Assembly (NCBI RefSeq): GCF_009914755.1
Contig: NC_060925.1
Source of the DNA: the human T2T-CHM13v2.0 reference genome, Homo sapiens
DNA length: 64,000 nucleotides
Direction: 5' to 3' (one strand)
Shown here: one piece after another, positions 12,995-27,828 of the stretch
How the letters are laid out: each line of letters begins with the position of its first letter
Numbering within the stretch: position 1 is the stretch's first letter
Notes under the pieces: model-generated
What the model saw: the letters and a program-made list of their open reading frames with translations, nothing else
The model's database searches: none
Told to the model about the DNA's origin: nothing
Program-made: the position numbers and the translations under genes

Positions 12995-13200
12995 TGGAAT
13001 ATAAAGGAAGAAAGGAAGAGAGGGAGAGAAAGAAAAAAGGAAAAACTATAGGAAGAGATGTAGAAGGAAAAACTATAGGAAAAGACGTTGAAGGAAAAGA
13101 AGAGATGTAGAAAAGATGGAGAGAAGGAAATATGAAGAAAGATGGAGACAAATGCGAGGAGAATAAATTGGTGAGGGTGGGGAGAAGGAGGAGGAGGATC
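12995..13200. repeat. Purine-rich low-complexity tract containing a 27-bp tandem duplication
   Basis: aaggaaaaactataggaagagatgtag (13037-13063) and aaggaaaaactataggaaaagacgttg (13064-13090), then a partial third copy. Confidence 0.8.
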
Positions 13201-13329
13201 ACAAAAACGGAGGAGACTGGAAAACTCAGGACAAAGAACTTCTGTCACTAGACATAAAAATAAGTTTTAAAGCTACTCAATCTAATATAGTGTGGCAGTA
13301 ATCCAGGAATAGACTGATAAAACAGACTT

Positions 13330-14280
13330 GTGAATATGTAGGGAACATAATTTACAATAGATTTAGCAATGTAGATCAATGGGGAAAGCTACTGAGGCAA
13401 TTGATTAGTCATATGGAAAAGAATTAAATTGCTTCCCTATTTCATATCACACACAAATGTTAGTTCCATAATTTATAAACTTAAATGCAAAAGGAAAATT
13501 ATAAACTTTTAGATAAACAGGAGAACAACTTTCTTGTTTTAGGATAGAGAAGGACTTTGTAAACAAGGTACAAATAGTACCATCCCTAAAGGAAAAAAAA
13601 TTATAGAATTCATTATCTTAAAAGAGATTTTGTTCATTGAAAGATACATGAAGAATGAAAAAGTAAGCCAGAAACTTGGAGTATATACTTGTAACACATA
13701 TGACCAGTGCAGAATCAATATTCAAATATATACACATGCACACATAATTGTAAGTCCTGTGAAAAACTGAAAAAGAAAAATAATAAAAGCTGAACAGGTT
13801 CTATACAGTAGTGCTTGGAAAAATAAATATCTACTAAATCGCTTTAACAAACATTTAGTTTTAAATGTGTAAATTTGAAGCTTTGAGGCTTTATAACACT
13901 CTGATTTTATATATACTTGAGAAACTCTTTCATAATTATAAAATGAATATAAATGAATGATTGACAGCTACAAGTATGAAAGAAAAGAAAAAGAAACTGT
14001 AGAAGAGTGCTTAAAAAATCAATTCATTTTTATAAAGGCCCAAAACAGGTAAAAGTAAACAATATACAGTTTACACACCATATATATGTATGTATGCATG
14101 CATGTATACACATCAATATTCTAAAAATATAAACAAACAAACTAATGATACAGTCTTCAGGACATGCTTACCTGTGGATGGGGGAAGGACCATGCTATTG
14201 ATAAAATCACACAGGAGCGTCAAAGGTCTGTTAATATTCTGTTTCTTTCAGAACACCAGCTGAGTACTGGGTGTTCACTC
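13330..14280 (+). mobile_element. Old L1 (L1ME-type) ORF2/3'UTR remnant
   Basis: A-rich; 'gcaattgattagtcatatggaaaagaattaaattgcttccctatttcatatcacacacaaat' resembles the L1 ORF2 C-terminal region. Confidence 0.65.
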
Positions 14281-14346
14281 ATTGAATTCTTTGAATTCTG
14301 CCTATGAATTTTGTGGCTTCATTTGTTTGCATCATATATTTAGTCT

Positions 14347-14380
14347 ATGTGTGTGTATGTGTGTGTGTGTGTGTGTGTGT
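14347..14380. repeat. (TG)n microsatellite, interrupted
   Basis: Direct inspection. Confidence 0.9.
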
Positions 14381-14393
14381 AAATACATATATA

Positions 14394-14738
14394 CAGTCAT
14401 GAGACATTTAACGATGGGGAGATATTCTGAGAAATGCATTGTTAGGCTCTTTTGTCATTATGAGAACATCAGAGTATACTTCCACAAACCTAGATGGTAT
14501 AGGCCACTATACACCTAAACTATATGGTACAGCCTGTTGCTCTTCGTCCTCAAACCTGTACAGCATGTTACTGCACTGAATATTGTAGGTAATTGTAATG
14601 AAATAGGATGTATTTGTGTATCTAAACATATCTAAACATTAAAAAAGTATAGTAAAATATGATATTATAATCTTATGGGACCAGCAATGTATATATGGTC
14701 CATCATTGACTGAAATGTTGTTATGCAGCCCATAACTG
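14394..14738 (+). mobile_element. Tigger3a / MER7A DNA transposon MITE
   Basis: ta|cagtcatgagacatttaacgatgggg ... ttatgcagcccataactg|ta; about 345 bp; TA TSDs. Confidence 0.85.
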
Positions 14739-15099
14739 TAAATATAAGAGACAATAGAAGAATTATTTTAAAGCTGTAGCTAGAATATTTAAACAGGCAA
14801 TTTGGAGCATTTAAGAAAGTGTTAACATCACTGATTATAAGAGAGTATATATAAAGTATATATGAAGACAATTAGGGTGAGTGAAGACGTTGGGAGAAGA
14901 CAATCAGGAAAAAAGTGGAAAAGAACGGGCTTCCCCAACAGCATCGCATCTCCCAAAGGATAAAACTATGAACTCATTGCTTGGAATGATGATACTGGGC
15001 CATGTTGGTGCCTGTGGAAGAGGCCTGAGGGTAAGAAGGGAGAGGAAGCAGCAGAAGGGGGGAAATGGTGAGAAGGAGATTAAGAATTGTAGCTGAGGT

Positions 15100-15487
<388 letters not shown>

Positions 15488-15716
15488 TTATAAGCTATAT
15501 ACAGCTGCTGATATTTAATAGCTGAAAATAGAAGGAAAATTTAAATCAACTTTCACATACACGGACAGAACCTTTTGTTAGAGAATATCCTACTGACAGC
15601 AAAGAAATTTTCTCTTACCATATTCTTCCACAAACTGATGGTTCATTCAAAAATACTCAAAAAAGAAAGAAAATACAATCTCTGCAAAACTATTACCTCC
15701 CAAAAGAGGTAAAATG

Positions 15717-15718
<2 letters not shown>

Positions 15719-15749
<31 letters not shown>
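15719..15749. repeat. A31 homopolymer
   Basis: Direct count. Confidence 0.95.
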
Positions 15750-15752
<3 letters not shown>

Positions 15753-16224
15753 GGTTGTTGAACACAGGTATAAAATTATCATCACCAGGAAACAGATGGA
15801 TATCATGGCCCAAGCCACCCTTCAAGAACTCAAATAGATTTATGAAAATGGCAATTTGAACTCTAGTTAAAGTAGAGCTACAAGTGTTTAAAGAAGAGAA
15901 TAAAATTTAAAATATTGAACTGACAGATACCAGAAAGTAAATGAAGGAGAAAAATAAAGCCATTAAGTTGCAAAATGAAAGAGGAGTTGAAAATTTCATT
16001 AGGAACATGGAGAAAAATTATAGGAGAGAAAAAAGCTTTAAATCTATATTTTCAAATATTTTAAATAATAGGAAAAATGATATTTATAGAAAATGGACAA
16101 TGGGATCCCTTATGTGTAAGAGTTTGGTAAATAAAGAGGAAAATGGAGGAAACTGAATATTCAAACATATTTTTCTGAAATAATGGGAGATAAATTTCTG
16201 GACTTCAAGAGTGTGCTGTGTATA

Positions 16225-16420
16225 GTAAATAGTTTGCAAAGATGGGCACCAAGTGCTACTCCCTGGTACTCCTCAGTTTCATTCGTAGACTGTTTTTCCT
16301 GTTACCGAAATTGAAGTTTACTTTGGGACTGGCTTCTACTAATAAGATGTGGTAGAAGTGACATTCTGGGACATCCATGTCAAGGCCTGAGGAGGCCTAA
16401 CAGTTTTTACTTTAGTAACA
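16225..16420 (+). mobile_element. MLT1 (H/I-like) LTR fragment
   Basis: 'tttgcaaagatgggcacc...taagatgtggtagaagtgacattctgggacatcc...aggaggcctaacag'. Confidence 0.5.
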
Positions 16421-17234
16421 CCATCTCAACGAAGACTTCCTTTCCTGAACTCTCGGATTTTCCTAACACTCAGCATCTACATGAATTGCATATATTTTGA
16501 ATTCAGTAATCATTACATTGCAGTAGTCTGCTGCCTAGACCTGAAAAAGTCATTTTAAGATTTTTGTCAAATTATTGTATGGATTGATTCATCAATGAAA
16601 TAACTGCATAGAGGTAGTAGTGATCACCACTGGAGAGAATAACCCCAACAAAGAGACTACAAAGAAAAATTGTGATAGCAATGAATAATCTATATTTAGA
16701 GGATAAAAAGTAGCCTGGTAAGTAATTGGGGCAGTTGCTCTGGAGGTCCTTCTTGTTGCTATTAAGTAGATCTTGTATTAGTACGCATGTATTTAAAAAT
16801 ATTGCTGCACTCACAAAGAACGATTAAAAATGAACTAAGTCTAAATAAGAATGGGAAAAAATGGAATAAAGAAAATTAGCATTGTGCTGGTTCCAATGAT
16901 AATACCCAATTCTAGCCCTAGATTGAAGAGTCTACGACAAGGTACTGCTGCCAAGTTGGGGAGGTAAACATGGAACTCCAAAATTAAGCCAAGTGTCTCA
17001 AATAGGGAAAATGAAACACAAATTATTAAAGAATAAAGAAAGAAACTGTACTACTGTCCCTCAGGATTCTCACAGATTGCATTTACTTAAATATGAGTTT
17101 TCATTTTTTAGAAAAATCACCAAAGAGTTAATAACAACTTCCTGAAATCTATTTTATTCTCTGCCTTTCAGCCTATGCATCTCAATTTTTCCTTCAGTCT
17201 TTAAATAATGAACTGATTTCCTCTAAGGAAAATA

Positions 17235-17460
17235 ATATGTTATATATATAAAATCTATATTATAATGATATGTATAATATAATAAAATCATATTATAATG
17301 ACATAACATATTAAATTATAATAATATGAATGATATAATATATAATATAGTACATATTAAGTATAATATATTATATTATATTATATTTAATATAATGTAC
17401 TCAATATTTATTGAAATATATAATGTTTATTAAATATATATATCATATATAAATATATAT
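17235..17460. repeat. AT-rich low-complexity (TA/TAA) tract
   Basis: Nearly pure A/T with degenerate TATAA units. Confidence 0.85.
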
Positions 17461-17704
17461 TCATCTAGGTTATGTGTCTCTCTATGCAAGGAATAATCAA
17501 GCCTAATATGTATTTCTTGGTTCATATTGTTACCTGGTGACTGGCCATTTCCCAGCCTGAATCATCACACTCCTCATTTTGACATTACCAAACCATTCAT
17601 TCATTTATTCAATAAGTAGTTATTAGGTGCCTACTATCTGCCAGATCCAATGCATCAAGAAGTGGATACAAAGATAAACTATACAAATATGATCTCTGTT
17701 GCAC

Positions 17705-18125
17705 TAGTCAGGTACAAGCTAAGCTTCTGTTAACAAAGAAACCCCAAAGTATAATGAAATAAATAAGCAAATGTGCATTTCTATCCTGTATGTTTGTGGA
17801 TTGGTAGGGCCATGCCCCACACTTATAGGCCCGAGAAGTCTGCTCCAATTTTTGCTATACTACAGCCAGAAGAAAGGGAGAAGGGATCATGGGACTTTAT
17901 GGACAATCATAAACAAGGAAAAGACCTGAAAGGATCATACATACATCTACTCCCATCTCTTTCATCAATGTGTAGTCATGTGGCCACCCGGCTGCAAGAA
18001 GCCACCTAGCTGCAAGAGGGATGGAAAATGTGGTCTTTAGCTGGGTGGCTCTGTGCTCAGCTAAAAGCCCACGATATGTAAGTGAAGAAGGGTGGATATT
18101 GGGGGAGCAGCAGTGGTCTGCCACA
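17705..18125 (-). mobile_element. MLT1 (K/L-like) LTR inserted among L2 fragments
   Basis: 'tagtcatgtggccacc...gctgcaagagggatggaaaatgtggtctttagctggg...ggtctgccaca'; contains an 18-bp tandem duplication at 17983-18018. Confidence 0.6.
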
Positions 18126-19519
18126 CCTGTTTTCACTCATCCTATATACCCCATGATAACTAACATACAAGAGATAGATAGTGAGCTATGCCTTTAATAA
18201 AAACAGATTTTGGGAGTCATGGATGTACCCGGATGAAATTCACTTATGCTGAGACTCCTAGGATATTTAAGAATTAGTTAGAGAAAAAGGCACAGTGAAG
18301 GAGGGCTCCAGGTAGAAGGAAGAGTGTTCAAAGACCAGATGAGGGTAAGCATGGTGATTCATGGAAAGTTTATCTGAGTTCCAAATAGGTCTCCAGTGCC
18401 TCATAATCCCTAGCAGTACAGACACTCAAAATGTATGTAATGAATAAAAAAATGAATAATCCATTGAGTTCAAATACCACTTCTTCTATAGTATTTTTGA
18501 CGGATGATTTTCTACTCTTTGAAAGCTTCTAGTGATAAAATGTTAATAAAGATACTATGTATTTATTTATTCTGCCAGTCAGTCAATCATTTAGTCAGCT
18601 AGCATTTATTAAGTATCTACTATTGTAAATCTCTAAAAACAAAACAATGAACCAAAAAGACAGCTCCTATTCAAATTATAGTCTATTAGTGGAAGGGGAG
18701 AATAAAATTTAGTCAAATAATTACAAAGTATAAAATCGATACTGAAATCAAAAATGGTAGGTGGTGTTATGAGAACCTTATCTAGGATTTGGTCAAGCCA
18801 AAAAATGCTTCCCTGAAGATATAATTAAAAGGCACTCTGTAGGATATGCAGGAATTAGCTACTGAAAAAGGAAGGGAAACAATACTTGAGAAGACTGCCA
18901 AGTGGAGTCTTGGTGTCAAAAAAGAGATGAAGAGAAGACTGGTTTGGTTAGATTGGGGCTGGAGAAATAAGCAGAAAGCAAATCAACTGTTGGGTTATAA
19001 CCATTAATAGATTTGTTAGAATTTCAGATCTCACCAAATATCCATGTTTTCTTTTCCCACATACATATGGATCTGGTCATGTGAGCAATTCTCACTGAAG
19101 GACAGTGAGCAGAGAACTTCTATCTAAGTCAGTCAACAACAGGTGTACCTTCTCCACTCTCTCTTTCATCCCGACACCTGGAAACAAAGCACTCTGACAT
19201 CATGGGGTAGCATGAGGAAACTAGCTTGGGTCTCAAAGCCACTGCTCATAGGAAGGCACTGATTTATGCTTCCACTCAGTCAATTCTGCTCTCTTTGGCT
19301 TAGAAAATTCTTCTGTCCCTTGTCAACTCATTGTCCTCTTGTACCCATCCATTTATCTCCCTTGGAGGAGGTTGCCCCATCAGTAATAATTTCATTGCTT
19401 TGTGGTATCAGTGCCCTGGACCTTGCTCCTGTCTTCTCCTCCACTGAGGATACAAATTATGACGATGGCAAACAGTATTATAGACATTCACATAAAAGTC
19501 CTCACAATAGAATATAATA

Positions 19520-19760
19520 GTGAGGTGAAGGGAGCACATTCTTAACCCAGAATGCATGACTTAAATCCTACCTTTTGTAACTGACCTTGCTTTGACACAT
19601 TCAGCCAGTAACTTAACCTTTCTAGGTCTCAATATTCTCACTTGAAAAATATCGACAATAAAAATACTTAGTTGTATAGTTGATGTAAAGTCCTTAGTAT
19701 ACAGTACCTGGCACGTCATAAGCTATCAGTACATTTTATTAATAGCTATTACTATACTTT
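19520..19760 (+). mobile_element. MIR
   Basis: 'cttaaccttt...tctcaatattctcacttgaaaaat...gtaaagtccttagtatacagtacctggcacg'. Confidence 0.6.
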
Positions 19761-22219
19761 TCATTATTAGACATTAGTTAAAAAGTAATATAATAATAAC
19801 ACAACCAAAACAAACAAAAACCCCCTCATAACTAAAGGTACTTTTCCTTTCTTTTTCTTTGAAGTACAAGACCTCAACATTTTCTGGATAAGTATTAATC
19901 TGGATTGGAATATGAGTTCTTTATTTTAGGGTTTCTCTTGGTTATTTGCAGAAAAATTGCCCATTTTGACATTTTTGGTATTCATTTAAATTCAGATTAT
20001 TTACTCTTTGTATATAACTGAGTTACTTCTTCCCAGTAAACCTTCTAAAGGCCTGTCACTGGTGAATTATTGATGCAGTGATAGCCTTTCTATTTGTGTG
20101 ACTTTTTTTCTCTGCTTTGCATCTTGCATTCCTCACATCCCTTTGGCCTACAGTTTAATTGAAATAGACTTTGTCCTATCCTGGCTTTTTTAGGAAAAAC
20201 AGATGCCCACCTGAGTTTGAGAGATGAAGATATGCTGACACTAAATTTGCAAAGCTGTGTAGCTACCTTTTCTACCACTTCAACTTAAAGTAGTTGTTTT
20301 GTGTTTGCAATTTGGCCTAAAGCTCAATAGGAACACAGAAGGGGAAGTGATTTTTCTGAGATGGTCTGGGGGAACGAGTAGGGAAAACTTCAGGAAAAGA
20401 AATGACATTTGAAATATGATTAGAATTTTCTCAAGAAGAGAGGGAGGTACATTCCAGACAAAAGGTCACTAGGATGCCCCTACCTCTCTCTGTAGCTGAG
20501 GCTTCCCTCTGGTTGCCAGGGTAATGTTTTGAAGGCAAACACCAGCCTGGGTCACACAATCTTAGGAAACTTTATTGACCTCAGGATATACACAGGCAAC
20601 ACGAAAGTAAGCAGTGTAATATCTCAAGCTCATCACAAAGGAAACCACTTTCACAAAAGTTTACAGGGGTTAAGGGCCCCTCCACATTACAGCAGCTGTC
20701 ACAGTTCCCTCCCTATTCAGCAGCCTTCTGTGATAACCATAGCAACCCATAGCCCACTGTTAGCAGTGTGACCTGTCTGAGTAGAGGGAGGGCAAACCTC
20801 CAGTCGACCACAGCTCCCTCTTCTGGGAGATTTCATCTAGTGCTGTCACGGGAACTAATGATAACAAAATAGAGAACATTTGGAGTTTTTATTAAATACT
20901 ATTAGGTCTCAGGTAGTTCTTATCTCCTTTATACCTAATAACACATACCTGAATTATAGAATATTATCATCCCATGTGTGAGAAAGGCCTTACGATGGCG
21001 AATATTCAAATATCAATGGAGTGAACTACTTTGGCCCTTTACCTTACTAGGAAAAGCCATGAGGAAAACATTCTAAACCATTTTCTAAATCTAGCCTGTG
21101 TGTCTTTCTGCTTGTTTTCCTCTCTTGCTTAGTTGTTTTCAAATGTGCTCTACAAAGCTTTCTGAGTTTCTTGAAGCCCCCTCCAGGCCTGCTGGGGGTG
21201 GGTGATGAGGATGGGAGAATGCCAATGAGAAACTAGTGAGCCAGGAATTATAAAGTGAATAAGTCTACAAAGATAGGAGAAAAGTAAATGACAAAAACGC
21301 TCTGCATACCATATAAAGGAATTATTTTAGGTTCCTTAACTTCCTGCTCACCACTAAGCTGATTGTTTTCTGAAGAAAAAAACATAATGCTGTATGGATC
21401 ATTTTCAGCTATCAAATTAGATCAACACTGGAAATTTCAATTCCCTTCTATATGAATAGAGTTGATTTGATTTTATCTTGTGCCTTTGGAAAAAACCTTT
21501 TACAGCTAAGTTCTTATTCTATCACCTTTCAATTCATCTACGATCTTAGCTATTAGGTATGTGATTTTTTAAAAAAGGAATGAGATAATATAAGACAAAC
21601 TGAGTGCTTCATAGAAAAGTCAAAATATAAATAATACTATGAAAAAGGATATTTACATAAATATTGTATCTATTCAAGAAAGCAGTATGTATGCATTTGT
21701 TTTACAATAATCACTTTTTAGGATAAGAATAGGGTTTCTTAATGAATAGTTGTGCTTCCTTCAATCTCAACAAACTGTAAGAGATCTTTAGCTATATGAG
21801 CTGTCCTCCAAAAGAAAGCAAAATCAGTTCTGTTACCCTGAATATTATTGGCCTTACTTCTATTTTCCTAATTTTCTACATTTGTGTCTGAAAGTGTTGT
21901 GAACTTATTTTTTATGCTTATGCAATACATCTCATCAGTTGACTAGCATATCGGCATGTCTTATCATGATATTAATGCTGCTTTTTGGCAAAAGGCATGT
22001 TAAATAGAACAGCCTGTCTTCTTCCACAGTTTCAAAAAGCATTCCATGTACTTCTGATTCTCAAACTGCTGTACCCAAGAGTGGCCCGGACTGGCTGATT
22101 TTTTTTTATTAAATCTCTTTCTCCTTCTTCCTGATTTCACAGCTAGAACATATTTTCTCACCTGTCTTGCAGCAAGATTTGACCAAACGATTGAATTATC
22201 CCATTCAAGTTGGCATGCC

Positions 22220-23067
22220 CGTATAGAAATGGGAAAAACCAAGTGGTTTTCCTGTTCTCACATAGTCACACAACACAACACTTTTGACACCGGATGTGTG
22301 GGCTTCTGCCTATTTACGAAGAAATTCTTCAGTAAACACCAACTAAGTGTCCTATAATTTAATTCCATTCTGACACTATCAATCCAGGTGTTAGATCCCA
22401 TAGGTTGAGGATTCAGTCCCATAAGACTGCCACCCACTTCAGATTCCAATCAAAAGTAGTAGATTGTCACCTCTACTTCTAACTGACTGGCTATAAATCA
22501 GGGTTCCCTTGACCCTATTCTCCAATTTGATTAGTTTGATAGGATGGCCCAGAGAACTCAGGGAGAGACTTATGCTTACCCATTTATTATAAAGGATATT
22601 ACAAAGAATACAGATAAACAGCCAGATGGAAGAGATGCATCTGGAGGCAAGGTATAGGAGAAGGGGAGCAAAGTTTCTATATCCTCTCCAGACATGCTAC
22701 CCTACAGGAGCCTCCATATGTTCAGCTATCCAGAAGCTTTCTGAACCCCGGCCTTTTGAGTTTTTATGGAGTCTTCATTACATAGGCATGATTGATTACA
22801 TTATTGGCTATTGATAATCAGCTCAACAATTGACCCTTCTTCCCTCCCTGGAGGTTGGGAGGTGGGTCTAAAAGTCCTAACCCTGTAATCATGGCTGGCT
22901 TTTTCTGGTGTCCAACTCTCATCTTGAAGCTACCTAGGAGCCCCACTTGCCACTCATCTTATTAGCTTACAAAAGACACTCTTATCACTTTGAAGATTTC
23001 AAGTGTTTTAGGAGCTGTGCACCAGGAAACATGGACCAAGACCAAATATCTATTTCACAATATCACA
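22220..23067 (-). mobile_element. MER21-family solo LTR (ERVL)
   Basis: 'aattccattctgacactatc...agatcccataggttgagg...cagtcccataagactgcc', 'cagataaacagccagatggaagagatgcat', ends 'tttcacaatatcaca'; about 850 bp. Confidence 0.8.
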
Positions 23068-23559
23068 GCAAGCAACATCTTTCAGGCTTGCCATGCATGG
23101 TCTGCCATGATCGTTTTCACCTGCACGCTGAGGTTGATGAGACTACCAGTCAGAGAATTGGTGAACTGGTTAGGCCACCAGTCAGAGTAATTTTCAGAAA
23201 CCTATCGACCAGTAATACCTATTGGGGCCTAAAGCAAACAAAAAACAAATGCCTGCAGGTGTAGACACTAAAATGTAGGAGTTTACTCTTAAAGCAGCAT
23301 GTATTAGGTTAATCAATAACCCATCCTAACTCCTGTCTTGAGATCCAGACTCACATTTCTTAATTGCTACCTGGATACCCTTGAATTATATCAAGTATGA
23401 CATATCCAAAACTGTAACAATTATCTTGGTATCCAAATATACCTTTTTTTTCAGTCACTACCCACTCTATTTACCAAACTAGGAATATTGGCTCACCCTT
23501 TATATCTGTGTTTCTACAACTTTGTCACACATACAAATCATTGGGCAGATTTGTTATAA

Positions 23560-23690
23560 CACAGATTTTTACTTCCTCCCACTTCGCTCCTGACCCAGTG
23601 ATTCTGATTCAGGAAGTCTAGGGTGGCCCTGAGACATCAGGGATACTGATGCTGCTAGCCCATGGTTTATACTTTGGATATCCCTGTTGT
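23560..23690. mobile_element. MER5A (hAT-Charlie) fragment within L2
   Basis: 'ccagtgattctgattcaggaagtctagggtggccctgag...gatactgatgctgctagcccatgg'. Confidence 0.6.
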
Positions 23691-23904
23691 ACACCCCCAC
23701 CTTTAAACCATCTTACTTTCTAATTCGGTATTGAGTGCTAAGCAGTCCATCTGGATAAGTCTACCCTCTTTTTTTTTCATTTTCCAATTGACTTATTTTA
23801 GGTTTCTATTATCTCTCACATTTATTGTTGCATTTCCTTCACAAGGGGTCTGTCACCCTCAAACACGTTCTGCAACAGCTGTCAGAATGGCTTTGTAAAC
23901 CATC

Positions 23905-23977
23905 TAACCAACCACCCAACCAACCAACTGACCACCTAACCAATTAACCAACCAATCAACCAACTAACCAACCAACT
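23905..23977. repeat. Degenerate (AACC)n tetranucleotide repeat
   Basis: taaccaaccacccaaccaaccaactgaccacctaaccaattaaccaaccaatcaacc. Confidence 0.85.
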
Positions 23978-26900
23978 GAAATATTGCTTATCTGTGGATT
24001 TCTCATTTCAAAAATATAACGTAGTGATTTGTAAACTTCTTCGCTCTTTTATTTACCTATTTTTACTTAAATAGCAAAACTCTTTCTTTAATAGCATCTT
24101 GTGGATAAATGATGCTCATATCTGGCTGAAATCTGTATGGGAATTGGGATGCTGGAACTCATTCTTCTTCTTATCTCACCCACATTTTTGTCCCCAGTGG
24201 ACTCCATGTAAATCGTATGACTTCTCAGAGCAGAGTTAGAAAATAATGTATTTGGATGGATTCTCCAGTTTTTTGTCATTGCTGTTGTTGCACATATGAA
24301 AGCATGGCAAGAAAGACTGTTTACAATCCAGCTACAGTTTAAGGGCTCCGTTTCATCCCTTTTATTTTTCCAATATGTGTGCTACATTGTAGCCATGCTT
24401 CTGGTTCAGGGCTACCTATGTGGCTACCAGTTATGTGCTTTCCTTTACTTAGGGTGCCCTTCACACACCACAGAGCCTAACACAAATATCCCATCACCAG
24501 TAAAGCTTTCTCAGATACTCATCCCACTCTTCCTACCACTCCAAGACAGAAGTCATTATTTTCTCCTCTTAATCTCCATTTGCATCCCAGTTGCAACTGT
24601 TCTATGTTTGTTCTATGACTGAACTCTAGGAAAGCAAAGGTCATACCTTTGTATATGTTTATCTATCATCATTTTTGAACATACAATATTTGAATATGGA
24701 GGTATAGGCACATATGTCTTCAATAAATGTTTGTTGCGCTCTAGAGCAGGATATGATGGCTAACAATCATGATTATGCTCATAAATCTAGTAGGATATAA
24801 TTTAGAGCCATTATGGGAAATAATTTCCTATTATAAAATTAACCACCATGCAAAATTTATGTCTATAGTTCATCTATGCCTTTTATTTATAATAAATAAT
24901 AAATACTGGAAAAGATAAATAGGTTGTTTTTGTCATTTAAGGAGAACTCTGACTGTAAACATACATCTTTCAAGGGAATTCAATTGAAATCTATTTAGCC
25001 ATCACACATAAAACATTATCATCACCATGATCTCAGTGAATATGACACTAGAGAAAACATTCCCATTATACATGTTCCTGGGGTGCAACAAACAGTTATT
25101 TTGCCAGAGTAAGTCACATGTAAATCTAATTCTCTTTTGATCTTATTGAACACCAGTGATTCCTCTGTGACCAGCTCTAGAAGCAAATGGTTGATAAATG
25201 TAAAAGTATCCTGTGCTGGAAGAAAATACAGTTTTTTTCTTTAGTTTGGAACAACATGCCCTACTTTAATGCAATAATTTTTAGCATGTTGCCAGAATGA
25301 AAAGGTAAACGGCACAGACCTGACAAGTTTTCTCCAAGGAAGCATGTAGGTAATTCAAACCAGAAGTAGCCTCTTCCCTGACAGATGTAAAATTGCTACA
25401 ATCCCTGATGTTCTCACTCCCACATGGATTATTAATTTTCAATAGCATCGGTGGGAGTTACATATACCTAGAGAAGAATAGGCCCTTAAAATTTGGAGGA
25501 TCCATTCCAGTCAGTATTTATTGTGATTGAAATGTATGATGCTTTTGTGTTTTCCTGCCTTGCTATGATTGGTAGAGTTTTTTAAAAAACACATTTCATG
25601 TGACATTAAATGTATCAGTTTGAATACATGTCACAACCTGCGTTGTTTTCTTCAGGCTTCCAAACATATGGGACCATTTATGCTGTTCATAGCACAGCAC
25701 TTTACATATAAATAGTGTTTACAGTGCTTAGTAAAGTTTTGTCTCTTTAAATTTTGAATTGGTTTCCAGTACCAAGCTGATGCATTCTAAGCAATAACTT
25801 TCCATCCACTGATCCAGCGACATTCTTCCTCTCTTTTGAAAATCATGGCTGATTAAAAGTCTAATGCAACAGCTGCTAGTGATCATGTGATTGATACATT
25901 TTTAAAGGCAGATGTTGAGTATTAAAAGCACAGACCTTCAGATTTCTCTGTAGTCCATGAATATTTTTGAATGACTGCTGCTTTATTTTTCACCTAACGT
26001 TTCCTTACTTTTTCCCTTTTCCTGCCTTATCCTTCTTTTTATTTTTCTTGATGAGCAGAATATAGTTTTAATGAAAACAAGTTAGTTTAGAAATATATAC
26101 AATACCCAATGCATTTCATTCTCCAAAGCAAGTGCTGAAAAAAATCCATCTTTGATGGCAAAGAGTTTTGTTTACTCTTATTTAAGAAATCATGAAAATA
26201 TCTTCAGGGTCTGACTGAAGAGCACAGATACAGTGGAGTCAGTAGAGTTTGAGAGTTTCTAGATGACCTAAATTGTCCTAGAATAGCATGTATGCTCATT
26301 AGAACTGTGTTTCTAAATAACTTCAGTTTTCATTATTATAGTTTTTATTTCTAACATGTTCTTTCACAAATTACCTCTCACATTAGAAGAATTAAAAATA
26401 TATATGAAAAATACATTGCATTCAATTTTATTGGAACATTTAAAAGCATTGTGCTTTAATGCCTTGTATACATTCCTTCTTTGTTAACTCTGATCTGGTG
26501 GATTCTATCCTGAAGTTCTTCTGCCTAAAGTTATGACATCAGGGTGATTTCTGTTATGATGTTGATGGTATTTCAGGAGATGATTCATCCATCAGTGTCT
26601 ACTCAAAGGAATAAACTGTCTTGTGAGAAAGAAAAACAGTAGTACTTATAGAGAATCACAGCATTTTAGAACTGCAAAGAGCTTTGGAAATCACTTCAGA
26701 AAGAGAGTATTTAAAACACTTGATACTAAATGTAAAGGCTTAGGAGTGAAAGGTGATTAATCAACATAAGCCACAGGGCCCTCAAAGGATTCTAGCACAG
26801 CCAACACATTTACCACTGTGGTTGGAACCTTTGAGATTATTCCAGTTTGGATAGTTCTATAGGATCCAGTATGTTCTCTTGGTTACCCAGCAAGAATGGA

Positions 26901-27828
26901 AAAGCCATTAGCTAAGCCCAAATGAAATCACCATGAAATCTATAAGCTATAAGGCTAGTCTCATAATAAATACTATGCTTTTATATAGTACCTTTCACCC
27001 CTGAATTATCTAGGGAAAGCCACAATATTATTCCCACTTTATATAGAAAGAGTGAAACAGTAATTTATCAAAGTGACTGAATAACTTAAGTTTTCTGTGA
27101 ATAAAAATATATTATTGGAAAGCAAGTTATTAATTTAGCTCAGCCCTTAAAAAACGACTTCTCAAAGGAAAAGCAAGGATGTACATATTCAGTTCAGGAA
27201 AAAAAAAATCATTACATCTTGTTCTTTCCTCATTAGCATTCATAAGCCGTGTGTAATTCACATGGATTTCACATCTCTGCTCATGTCATTACTATTATCC
27301 TCAGCCTCAAAATCAGTATTTATTCAGTCTGTATGAATTTAGAGCAGTTTTTTAAAATTTCCACAACCTTTTTGCATTTATTGGTTTTGTTTTGACATGT
27401 ACAATATTTGGGTCTGGGATTAATAATTAACTGTTGCTCCGAAGCTATAAGTAGCTGTAGTCATTAATAATACCACTTTCACCAACAAATGCTGATGCAG
27501 TAGGACACCACACCAGGTACATTATCAAGGAATGTGCTCAGAATAGCATCTGAGCAGGGTCTAGAGTTTGCAAGAACCTATTTTCAACCTGGTCAATGAA
27601 CCTACCTTATTTTTAGCTTTAGTTAATCTACATAAATTTCCTGGCAATTTCTAGTGAGATTCTGGCCCCCTAAAACATGTTATCTGGGAAAAGAAATGCA
27701 TAAGAATATGATTTGTATTTTAAAACCATGATAAAAAGCACAAACATTTGGTTTTCTTGAAATTTTAAATGGACTTAATTTAAATATAGTCCTAAGTTAC
27801 AGCACCTTGACCACAACTAATGTGCTAT

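Noticed and set aside
12961-13248. Hydrophobic Phe/Ser/Leu-rich ORFs resembling membrane proteins
   Set aside because: Antisense reading of a purine-rich low-complexity tract
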